Below are positions 49,328-57,875 of a DNA stretch of 64,000 nucleotides, piece after piece. A program made the position numbers and the translations under genes. Below the pieces are notes generated by a model, which was given only the letters and a program-made list of their open reading frames with translations, had not been told where the DNA came from and ran no database searches. The stretch is from IMG/VR virus record IMGVR_UViG_3300028377_000004, positions 1-64,000 of that record; one strand, 5' to 3'. This stretch comes from a virus. Position 1 is the stretch's first letter; each line of letters opens with the position of its first letter.

Positions 49328-50935
49328 ATGGCAGAAATGAAGTTCATACGAGTACCTCCAGACTCTACAGGGAAGAGGGTCACGCACGGACTTACGATTC
49401 ACCTCCTATATAATGGGGGAACGCAGGATTTTGAGTTGGGAGATACTGTAATAGGCGAAAACTCTGGTGCCATCGGAGAAGTAGGACTTGTTCAGGAGGG
49501 AAGTACCACTGAACAAGGGGCACTTCATGTCATTATGGCTTTGGAAAGTCCTGACTCCTTTTCACAAAACGAAAATATAATAGTAAATGGAACTACTTAC
49601 GCTCAAGTAGCAAGTCAGATTCCAGTATACTCGCAGCATGTACAAATGGTTGGGGGCAATAACACCACGCACACAGTCGCCGTTGATGAGAAAGGCGCTA
49701 TGTTCACTAGGGCCGCGGAGGGTTCGCAGCAATTTGATGCTTTCGGCAAACTGGAGGTATCACAAAGAACGACCATTGGGGAATACACCTTCAATTATGA
49801 TCGCCAAGACGAGTATATAGAGTATGAAGAATTAGGATCTGGAGTGGTCACACACCAACCTGATTATTCAGGAATTTTGTTTACCTGCGGATCCAACACT
49901 GGTGACGTTGCTCGTGGTACCTCACACCTATACCATAAGTACCAACCCTCTATCGGACAGGTATTCCAAGCTACGGTATCTATGGGGGATGAGGGCAAGG
50001 ACAATTTAATAAGAAGATGGGGTTATTTTGATCAAAAAGATGGTATGTTTTTTGAATTAAATGGTTCTGACCTATCTGTGGTAATCAGGTCATCTGCTAC
50101 TGGAACAGTTGCGGAGACTAGGATTCTACAAAAAGATTGGAATGTAGATCGATTAAATGGGGAGGGGGGTACTTTCAACCTGAGTGGGGAAAACCTTGAT
50201 ATTACGAAAATCAATATATGGTGGATCGACTTTCAATGGTTGGGAGCGGGGAGAGTCCGTTTTGGTATTGTGATAGACGGAGTCCGAATCACAATACATT
50301 CCCAAACCGGAAACATATCTCACCTCCCCTACACGTCCACAGGGACTCTTCCAGTCCGTTTCTGTCAAGAAAACGTAGGTTCGGTAACTTCCTCTAGTCA
50401 GATGCGTGTGGTATGCTGTACGGTAGGTTGTGAGGGAGACTTCAAACCACAACATATAGGATTCTCCCCTCAATTTGACACCCCTCCTATAGCGGTAAAC
50501 TCCTTTACCGAAAAACCCTTATTTAGTGCTAGGTCCAAAGTGGAGTTCAAAGGGAAAGAAAATAGAGCAGTTATCTTGGCTCGAACGCTAACAGGTATTG
50601 TTACTGGGGCTCCTATCGCCATTCGTATCTATAAAAATGCAACACTTACTGGGGATCTATGGGTCTTAGATCCGGGACCCAGCAGTTCAGGGGAATTGGA
50701 CGGAAATGCCACCGCAGTAACGGGGGGGAGACTTCTTTGGAGTAAGATCCTCGCCCCCAACGAAAGTATAGAGCAAGATATCTCTTACCTGTTTAATTAT
50801 GAACAGGGGGAAACCATTAAAAGACATGCTAATATAGCAGAATACGATACCTACACACTAACTGCACGTCTGATTGATCCCGATGATCCTCCAGCAAAAG
50901 TTTCTATTACTTTGAACTGGCTTGAAATTCAATAA
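49328..50935 (+). CDS. Virion protein, tandem paralog 1 (DAFG/WN.D.L.G/WIDF.W.G.G.VRFG family)
   Basis: RVPPDSTGKR, DAFGKLEVSQ, RRWGYFD..DGMFFE, WWIDFQWLGAGRVRFG. Confidence 0.7.
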   Translation: MAEMKFIRVPPDSTGKRVTHGLTIHLLYNGGTQDFELGDTVIGENSGAIGEVGLVQEGSTTEQGALHVIMALESPDSFSQNENIIVNGTTYAQVASQIPVYSQHVQMVGGNNTTHTVAVDEKGAMFTRAAEGSQQFDAFGKLEVSQRTTIGEYTFNYDRQDEYIEYEELGSGVVTHQPDYSGILFTCGSNTGDVARGTSHLYHKYQPSIGQVFQATVSMGDEGKDNLIRRWGYFDQKDGMFFELNGSDLSVVIRSSATGTVAETRILQKDWNVDRLNGEGGTFNLSGENLDITKINIWWIDFQWLGAGRVRFGIVIDGVRITIHSQTGNISHLPYTSTGTLPVRFCQENVGSVTSSSQMRVVCCTVGCEGDFKPQHIGFSPQFDTPPIAVNSFTEKPLFSARSKVEFKGKENRAVILARTLTGIVTGAPIAIRIYKNATLTGDLWVLDPGPSSSGELDGNATAVTGGRLLWSKILAPNESIEQDISYLFNYEQGETIKRHANIAEYDTYTLTARLIDPDDPPAKVSITLNWLEIQ

Positions 50936-50949
50936 AATATCAGGTTATT

Positions 50950-52563
50950 ATGTCAAGCAAAAAATACGTTAGAGTACCCCCAGATTCTGCGGGGAAAAGA
51001 ATACAACACGATGTCACCCTATTGGTTGAGTACAGTTCGGGTACAACTGCCTTTAAAATAGGGGATAAAGTTGTAGGACAAAGTTCGCAAGTAAGAGGGG
51101 AAATCGGACGTGTGATAAACGGATCTACCACAGTAGAGGGATCCTTTTATTTAGTAATTGAGCTGGATAGTGATGAGAATCTTACTGTAGGAGAAACCCT
51201 TCTAGTAGATGGGGTTCCTTATGCTCAAGTCGCTAATAGCACCCCATTATATTCACAGAGAATACAGATAGTGGGGGGCACAAATACAACCAATGTCGTA
51301 AATATAGATGATAGAGGGGCTATCTACACCCGCAGTGCCGACGGATCTAACCTCTACGACGCTTTCGGGAAATTGGAAGTCTCACAGAATACCACTATAG
51401 GAGAGTATTCATTTCAGTATGACAAGTTACCCGAAGAGATCTATTATGAGACGGTCGGGAACGCCTCCATAGGGCATCAACCTAGGTTTTCGGGGATCTT
51501 GTTATCTTGTGATACTACAAGCGGGGATTCCGCAATTGGAACTACTCATTTATATCATAAATATCAAGCGTCGGTATCTCAGCATGTGGGAATGAGTGTG
51601 TCTATAGGAGATGCGGGGAAAGATAATGTAGTCAGAAGATGGGGATATTTTGACCAAGAAGATGGTATGTTTTTTGAAAGGGACGGACAGACCTTAAATG
51701 TGGTAATCAGGAGTTCTGCTACAGGTCAAATAGAAGAACTTAGGATTCCACAATCACAATGGAATGGGGATCGCCTAAACGGGGAGGGTGGTACTTTCAA
51801 CCTGAGTCGCTACGCACTAGATCCTACTACTCTATTTTTGTGGTGGATTGATTTCCATTGGTATGGAGCAGGCGTTGTTAGATTTGGTATCCAATTAAAT
51901 GGAAAGAGAATCGTGTGTCACCAAACCTCGTCGGAAGATCGGGGGGGACTTCCTTTTATTAGAAAAGCATCCTTACCTATTAGATTTGAACAATTTAACA
52001 CAGACACATCGATATCCATTAGTGAAATGCGAGTGGTGGAAGCTTCCGTAAATACAACGGGAAGATTCCTTCCAAAATATAAATCATTTGGTATTGAAGG
52101 CGAGATCCCCCCTCTTCCTATAAGTAGTAACTCATTTGTTCCGTTGTTTTCAGGTCGACTTAAACAAGAATTCAAAGGTTCAGATAACAGAACAGTGGCC
52201 TTACCTAGAGATATCTCAGCCTATGTCATGGGAAATGGTCCTATAGAAGTTCAAATCATAAAAAATGGAACATTAGCTGGGGATACTTGGACAATCGACG
52301 CAGGGGCAGAAAGCGCTGTAGAGATAGATGCTACTGCCTCTTCAATAACGGGCGGTAGGCTGGTCTGGAAAGACATTATAGGACCTAATACCAAAGAGAA
52401 AATGGATTTGACACCGGTTTTTAATTTTGAACAGGGAGATACGGTGAAAAGACACGCCAATATAGAGGACTACGACACTTTCACCCTACTGGCACGAATT
52501 GTTATCCCTGGTGGAGACCCTGTAAACGCATCTTTTGTGTTAACAGTGTCGGAGATACAATAA
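50950..52563 (+). CDS. Virion protein, tandem paralog 2
   Basis: Colinear full-length similarity to 49328..50935. Confidence 0.7.
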   Translation: MSSKKYVRVPPDSAGKRIQHDVTLLVEYSSGTTAFKIGDKVVGQSSQVRGEIGRVINGSTTVEGSFYLVIELDSDENLTVGETLLVDGVPYAQVANSTPLYSQRIQIVGGTNTTNVVNIDDRGAIYTRSADGSNLYDAFGKLEVSQNTTIGEYSFQYDKLPEEIYYETVGNASIGHQPRFSGILLSCDTTSGDSAIGTTHLYHKYQASVSQHVGMSVSIGDAGKDNVVRRWGYFDQEDGMFFERDGQTLNVVIRSSATGQIEELRIPQSQWNGDRLNGEGGTFNLSRYALDPTTLFLWWIDFHWYGAGVVRFGIQLNGKRIVCHQTSSEDRGGLPFIRKASLPIRFEQFNTDTSISISEMRVVEASVNTTGRFLPKYKSFGIEGEIPPLPISSNSFVPLFSGRLKQEFKGSDNRTVALPRDISAYVMGNGPIEVQIIKNGTLAGDTWTIDAGAESAVEIDATASSITGGRLVWKDIIGPNTKEKMDLTPVFNFEQGDTVKRHANIEDYDTFTLLARIVIPGGDPVNASFVLTVSEIQ

Positions 52564-53111
52564 TGATCGCTACCTTCTATGGTTTCTGGGACGAATGGGA
52601 GCTTTATCATAAAGTCACTTTTGATGGAGCTAATAAATTGATCCTTGTGAATAGGGGTGAAACTACTATTAACGTGGAGATAGATCTCTACTCAGACTGG
52701 AAAGAATGGTCTGCCATTAGAGACCATTCCAAATTTGAACAAGCAATGAGAAATGTGGGTGGTGACCCCCTTCCCGGCGATGACCAGTTGGGAGCTACTT
52801 TCTTCTTAACAAATGGATGGAGAATTAAAACATGGGAAGGAGACCACGAACTTTTTGTAACAGGAAACCTTTTCACTGAAGTCGGGGATCCTCCCTTTTT
52901 ACCAACACCCGGCCCTTATACCATATTGATTAATCAGAGAGTATCTAACCTTATTGATAAAGTTGGATTTCCGGGGAGCGTAGAAGAAATGGCGGATGCT
53001 GTATGGGATCGAATGGTATCGGAGCATACTGAAGAAGGAAGTTTTGGAGAGAAAATAGGTAGAAAACTTATTATGGTTCTCTTAGAAGACATGGGCGTAG
53101 AAGTAGACTGA
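52563..53111 (+). CDS. Conserved phage structural-type protein
   Basis: VTFDG.NKLI...DLYSDWKEW...GGDP.......FFL.NGWRI motif; virion block. Confidence 0.6.
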   Translation: MIATFYGFWDEWELYHKVTFDGANKLILVNRGETTINVEIDLYSDWKEWSAIRDHSKFEQAMRNVGGDPLPGDDQLGATFFLTNGWRIKTWEGDHELFVTGNLFTEVGDPPFLPTPGPYTILINQRVSNLIDKVGFPGSVEEMADAVWDRMVSEHTEEGSFGEKIGRKLIMVLLEDMGVEVD

Positions 53112-53228
53112 ACTCAATAAAAATCTGGAGGTTCTTTTAATAATGGAGCTAACCAGAGAAATACTAATGTCGTCGATCCTAGTTACGAAGGACCTCGGAA
53201 AATTTATAATTGTGAAGGTAAGTTAATA

Positions 53229-53367
53229 ATGACTAAAAAAACAAATTAAAGTCGTACTATCAGGATCCGGAACTCTTTATCCAATGCACGCAGGCGCTCT
53301 CCATTATCTATCAGATGCAGGTTATGATCTGGTTTCGGGATACCTAATTCAGGGAAGATTTTTATGA
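53229..53367 (+). pseudogene. Frameshifted, truncated patatin paralog
   Basis: ATG ACT + A7 run; after a one-base shift it reads QIKVVLSGSGTLYPMHAGALHYLSDAGY, matching the downstream patatin N-terminus; its stop overlaps the patatin ATG. Confidence 0.7.
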
Positions 53368-54149
53368 AAATAAAAGTAGTATTATCAGGGGCGGGGGTTC
53401 TATATCCACTCCATGCTGGTGCAATAAAGAGACTAGTAGACGAAGGTCATATCATTACTGATATTTGTGGTATTTCAGGCGGGGCTATTATAGCAGCAGC
53501 TATCGCATCTGGAATCCAAATAAAAGACCTTGAGGCTCTAATTTTAGACACAGTTCCTTCCGAAAACAAACTACTTGACTGGTCTTTGTTAGCGCCTTGG
53601 AAATGGGGTTTATATAAGGGAGATAAATTAGAAAAAGTATTTCAAGACCTATTTGTGAGTAAATTTAAGGACACTAAAATTTCTCTTTCTATTGGTGCTA
53701 CTAATCTTAATGCCAAATCTCACACGATTTTTTCTACGGAAAATACCCCAGAATTTTCCGTTGCAAAAGCAGTACGAGCATCTATTGCAATTCCCGGAGT
53801 TTTCCAACCTGTAAAAATAGGGGAGAGTTATTTGTGTGACGGTGGGGTATCAGCTAATTTCCCTTTGAATATTTATGGCACAGGGGAAAATGTTTTCGGA
53901 TTACGAATACGGTCGGGTGAGCAACTTAAAGAGAGAATTAAAATATCATCCCTTAAGGACTATGGAGCCGCAGTAATTAGTTCAATGATGGAGGCCATAA
54001 GTAAAGAGCACATAGAAGATGCAGTATTTGCTAGAACAATGATATTGACATCGGAAACCTCTTCTTTGAATTTATACTCATCATCAGAAATTATGGAATC
54101 TTTATTTCAAGAAGGATATCAACAGGCAGGAAAATGGCTAGAAAAATAA
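53364..54149 (+). CDS. Patatin-like phospholipase
   Basis: SGAG...HAGA oxyanion region, GISGG nucleophile elbow, DGG catalytic Asp. Confidence 0.9.
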   Translation: MKIKVVLSGAGVLYPLHAGAIKRLVDEGHIITDICGISGGAIIAAAIASGIQIKDLEALILDTVPSENKLLDWSLLAPWKWGLYKGDKLEKVFQDLFVSKFKDTKISLSIGATNLNAKSHTIFSTENTPEFSVAKAVRASIAIPGVFQPVKIGESYLCDGGVSANFPLNIYGTGENVFGLRIRSGEQLKERIKISSLKDYGAAVISSMMEAISKEHIEDAVFARTMILTSETSSLNLYSSSEIMESLFQEGYQQAGKWLEK

Positions 54150-54558
54150 AAAGCGGTATTTATCAGATTATAAACATCAAAAATGGAAAAAGATATTTTG
54201 GGGCCAGCAAGAGAGTTCATTCTAGAATCAAAAACCATAAAAATAAATTGAAAAAAGGAACACATTTTAATGTACATTTACAATCTGCATGGAATAATGA
54301 TGGATCCGAAAATTTTCAATTTTCAATAGTTGAATATTGTCCTGAAAATATTCGATTTATACGGGAAGAAATGTACCTAAAAACTTATTTAAACTGTAAC
54401 AGATGGTCAGAACTTTATAATTTTGAAAAATTTCCAACAAAAGGTCCAAGCTACAATATAAAGGGGGAAGATCATCATTGGTATGGGAAAAACACTCTCC
54501 CGAAACTCTTGAAAAAATGTCTATAGCTCAGTCCCTTCGTCCAATACCACTTCATTAG
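54134..54558 (+). CDS. GIY-YIG homing endonuclease with frameshifted NUMOD3 motif
   Basis: SGIYQIIN..NGKRY.GAS...R...H; frame-0 ORF ends at 54526; one extra A in the A5 run at about 54488 would restore YGKKHSPETLEKMS, ending at 54558. Confidence 0.75.
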
Positions 54559-54567
54559 GAGAACCCC

Positions 54568-55140
54568 GTGCAGTTAAAAGACCCGCTTATTAAACTAGGA
54601 AACACTCATCCTGAATTAAGAGATCATCTTCGACATATTTTAAGCTCTTTAGATGAGGGTAGAGATATCGCTGTAAAAGCCTATAACGAAATGTATTCTT
54701 TCTTTTACCCAGAATGGAGTCAGCTAGAAGGAAATAATAGGGGAATCATACAATGGAGACAGCAGGATCTGGAAAGGGTTGGAGCACCTGCTAGAGAATT
54801 GATGAGTTTTTACGAAGAATTACGATTCCTGATAAAAGAAGTGTCTAAGTCCGAGTCTGCCTATGACCAACATGATTTCGACTTAGCAGATATATCTAAA
54901 AATATGAAAGTTTTCCGTGATGCCAAAAGAAAAGTAGATAAATTTTACGATCAGAAAAAGAAACAAGCCCTGTCTCTCATTAGAGAAGCTGGCGGTACTT
55001 TGGAAATAAGAGACTTAATTATAAACAGATATCCAGGGCTACGCGATATAAAGAAAGCACTAGAAATGCTTACACATGAAGGAAAAGTTAAAAAAAGGGG
55101 GAGTACTACTAAACAGCAGACCCTTACTTATAGTTTGTAA
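54568..55140 (+). CDS. Hypothetical protein with shared N-terminal motif and C-terminal wHTH-like region
   Basis: GTG start with AGGAG SD; MQLKDPLIKLGNTHPELRDHL; ALSLIREAGG.L.IRDL...ALEML..EGKV. Confidence 0.65.
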   Translation: MQLKDPLIKLGNTHPELRDHLRHILSSLDEGRDIAVKAYNEMYSFFYPEWSQLEGNNRGIIQWRQQDLERVGAPARELMSFYEELRFLIKEVSKSESAYDQHDFDLADISKNMKVFRDAKRKVDKFYDQKKKQALSLIREAGGTLEIRDLIINRYPGLRDIKKALEMLTHEGKVKKRGSTTKQQTLTYSL

Positions 55141-55157
55141 CTCTAGGTAAAGAATTG

Positions 55158-55204
55158 AAATAAAAACCCTTTGATCCAAATAAGATCAAAGGGTTTTTAT
55201 TTTT
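55158..55204. terminator. Bidirectional intrinsic terminator
   Basis: 19-bp perfect inverted repeat AAATAAAAACCCTTTGATC / GATCAAAGGGTTTTTATTT between convergent genes. Confidence 0.9.
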
Positions 55205-55214
55205 AGAGAAGAAA

Positions 55215-55601
55215 CTAACTAGGAAAGATCTCATTCGTATCTAGGTCTATCCAATGAAATTCTCCACTCCCCCAAATCCCATCTATATGGTTAGGCACCT
55301 CTTCATCTATTTCTTCATCAAAATAAACATTCTCTACTTCGATCTGTAAGTAGTCGTCTAGCTTGTGGAGACGATCTGTGGAGTGGAAAAACCTATTCTG
55401 TCTGGCCCAATATAACCCGGGAGCTAGAGAATTAAAAAGAAAAACAACCCTCTCCTTGGTGAGATCTCCATCTTCCCAGTGATGCTTATTATTTTCCCAG
55501 GGATGTCTAGCACTTTCTGTATTACTCATAATTTCAAGAAATGCTAGGATCGTATAGTAGAAATCGTTATCATCGAATCTAATTCCCAGTCTTTTAATCA
55601 T
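55215..55601 (-). CDS. Hypothetical protein co-transcribed with the phosphatase-ligase
   Basis: 128 aa, AAGGA SD, 10 nt downstream of the ligase gene. Confidence 0.6.
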   Translation of the reverse strand: MIKRLGIRFDDNDFYYTILAFLEIMSNTESARHPWENNKHHWEDGDLTKERVVFLFNSLAPGLYWARQNRFFHSTDRLHKLDDYLQIEVENVYFDEEIDEEVPNHIDGIWGSGEFHWIDLDTNEIFPS

Positions 55602-55611
55602 TCCGGATCCT

Positions 55612-57738
55612 TTAATTCAGTTCAAGGTCCACTTCAAAACTCAGAGAGTCCAGAGAAATTTTCTCTTCTCCATCCTTCCATCTAGTTACAATAGCTTTGA
55701 AGCCAGTACAAGGTTCATGACTCCACATAACATCGTCAAGGGGTAGTTCACCATTTCGAGCGTAAGCCATTATGAAACCGAATAGAGTTTGGTCAAATTT
55801 TTCTCGGGACCACATGGCTAGGGTTTTGTAATACTCACCAGTTTGTAAATCTCCTTTATCGTATCGATCGTTAAAATCTTCGACAATAGCAGTTGCATTG
55901 TCTCGAATTTCCTTGACCCCTTTCATATACATCATGAACCTGTCAAAATGTTCCCGATAGAAGGATTCGACCTCTTCTTCAGTCAAAAGGTTCTTTTTCA
56001 ACTGCGCATTAAACGTGTCCCAATCCTGCATTTCAGGACGATTCCAGATCATTTCCACAACGCTTTTATAAGTACACTGAAATTTAAGGCGATGATATTT
56101 CAGGTACTCCATTGTTTTCACTTTAACTCTGTGAATGACCTTCCCATCCTGCTCAAAGCAAACGATAGCCCCCTCGGGAAGATCCTCACGACCATCAAGA
56201 GCATTACGGACTTCGGCAACTCCCTGATCCAACTTGTCAGTTTTCAGAAATATTTCGGAAGTATCCAAATCATGTTCATCCGCGAATTCCGAAACTCGCG
56301 AGGAAGACCAATAATCATATTCTTCAAGGTCAAAAACCGAAAGAAGAGTTAGAGACTGGAGATCCCCATAATCCGTAACAACTCGGGCTTCAGGATGAAT
56401 CAATTCAAACACCAGAGTTTTTCCTTTCACAAAAGAAGGGTCAATAATGTGAGGATATTTTTCCTTTGCAATCTCACGAGCCGCTTCCATATAAGGGAAA
56501 CTGGAATCATCAATGTATTCTTCATTCCCTTCCATAACCGAACGTGTTGTAAATACAACGTTGCCCTCATGTTCAAAGACCTGAATCATCGTACCATCCA
56601 TTTTCTCGACGAATACGATGTCTACCCCTCTTACATCCTCAAAACGCCGTGACACTTCGTCTGAGAACTCACGACACCCATGATTGTGCATCTTCACCAG
56701 TGGTAAAGATACCAAACGATAAGGGTCTTTAGTATAGACAATACCTTTGGAATATAGTTGATGTTCTGCTTCCGGTTCAAAAAGAGCTTTGGAAGCGTTG
56801 GCAATTATAAGAGGACCACACTGTCTCTTATTAAGAAGTTCATCAGTATCTACCAAGTACAAAACATCTTCTTCTTTTTCCTGTAATTTTTCCAGGAGAT
56901 AGGGAAGGGACATATCTGTAATAGGTTTTGGCTTTGTAGTTCTAAGTTTTGGAGTCTTGCCCGATCCTCCAATAGCCAAGTTTCGACCATCTTCTCTTTC
57001 TTGACGAGAAAGTACGGACACTAGTTCTCTCTCAGGATATCGGAGAGCAGTGAGCTTGTTACCACCAAAGCAACAGGTATCTACACACACCGCCTTAGGC
57101 GTCACATAAGGCTCTTCATGCGTAACGTGTCCCCATACCACAAAAGGAGTATCTTCTGTGGCTTTTTCGTTATAGGAAGGAACCCAATCCAACCTAACAG
57201 GAAAACCATTAGCATCACGACCTCCAGTGGTATGTCCGTAGAGGGCCGCTGATTTTATACGGCCTCTACCCGCGTCCTTGGGAGGTGGCGCAGCATGGCA
57301 TACTAGAAGTTTACCTGCATCAAAAGTGATCGAAAGAGGAAGATCCAGAAGCCATTTAGAATAGTCCTGTTTCTTCTCATCTTCTTCCCAATCTTTCAAC
57401 TCTTCTAGGGTAGACTCCAAACCGTGTGCTATCTTGATCGGATTTCCTTTCAAAGCACGGCCTAGTTTGTCATCGTGATTTCCACGAGACACAAAAGCAA
57501 GATCTTCTTCTACATGCTTTCTGACAAATTCAAGGGCTTCCCTGCTTTTAGGTCCCCGGTCTGTGATATCTCCCACAAAAGCAAGAAGACGCCCCTCTGG
57601 GTGCCTCCACAAGCCTTCGGAATCAGGTTCGTAACCTAAGACCCCAAGTAGTTCAAGAAGCTCATCAAAACAGCCGTGAACGTCTCCTACGACATCTACT
57701 TTGGTTACTTCTGGGTATTCATTTTGCAAGTGCGTCAT
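55612..57738 (-). CDS. RNA-repair fusion: Pnkp/PrpE-type metallophosphoesterase + T4 Rnl1-type RNA ligase
   Basis: GDVHG, GDITDRGP, GNHD, GH, DT...GNKLTALRYPE; ligase motifs EKMDGT, FELI.PE.RVV.DY, EGAIV, RVKVK. Confidence 0.85.
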   Translation of the reverse strand: MTHLQNEYPEVTKVDVVGDVHGCFDELLELLGVLGYEPDSEGLWRHPEGRLLAFVGDITDRGPKSREALEFVRKHVEEDLAFVSRGNHDDKLGRALKGNPIKIAHGLESTLEELKDWEEDEKKQDYSKWLLDLPLSITFDAGKLLVCHAAPPPKDAGRGRIKSAALYGHTTGGRDANGFPVRLDWVPSYNEKATEDTPFVVWGHVTHEEPYVTPKAVCVDTCCFGGNKLTALRYPERELVSVLSRQEREDGRNLAIGGSGKTPKLRTTKPKPITDMSLPYLLEKLQEKEEDVLYLVDTDELLNKRQCGPLIIANASKALFEPEAEHQLYSKGIVYTKDPYRLVSLPLVKMHNHGCREFSDEVSRRFEDVRGVDIVFVEKMDGTMIQVFEHEGNVVFTTRSVMEGNEEYIDDSSFPYMEAAREIAKEKYPHIIDPSFVKGKTLVFELIHPEARVVTDYGDLQSLTLLSVFDLEEYDYWSSSRVSEFADEHDLDTSEIFLKTDKLDQGVAEVRNALDGREDLPEGAIVCFEQDGKVIHRVKVKTMEYLKYHRLKFQCTYKSVVEMIWNRPEMQDWDTFNAQLKKNLLTEEEVESFYREHFDRFMMYMKGVKEIRDNATAIVEDFNDRYDKGDLQTGEYYKTLAMWSREKFDQTLFGFIMAYARNGELPLDDVMWSHEPCTGFKAIVTRWKDGEEKISLDSLSFEVDLELN

Positions 57739-57779
57739 ATCATACTTCCTTTGATATACAAATACATCTCATAGCCCCC

Positions 57780-57812
57780 CTCTATATACCCTGGTTATCA
57801 GAATATTACAAG
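57780..57812 (-). promoter_or_regulatory. Putative early promoter, copy 6
   Basis: Reverse strand reads CTTGTAA-TATTCTGATAA-CCAGGGTATATAGAG. Confidence 0.75.
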
Positions 57813-57813
57813 T

Positions 57814-57850
57814 AAAAACCTCCAGACCACTATAATAGCGATCCGGAGGT
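57814..57850 (-). terminator. Intrinsic terminator ending the baseplate/LPD1 operon
   Basis: Reverse strand ACCTCCGGATCGC-TATTATA-GTGGTCTGGAGGT (13 bp with G-U pairs) followed by TTTT. Confidence 0.75.
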
Positions 57851-57875
57851 CTAAATATTCTAAAAGAATCCTATT

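Noticed and set aside
49328-52563. Diversity-generating retroelement TR/VR pair
   Set aside because: Differences are not adenine-specific, both copies are full genes, and no reverse transcriptase is present in the window.
20082-57812. Repeated CCAGGGTATATAG motif as a CRISPR repeat or att site
   Set aside because: Copies are kilobases apart, on both strands, always upstream of genes; there are no spacers, cas genes or integrase.
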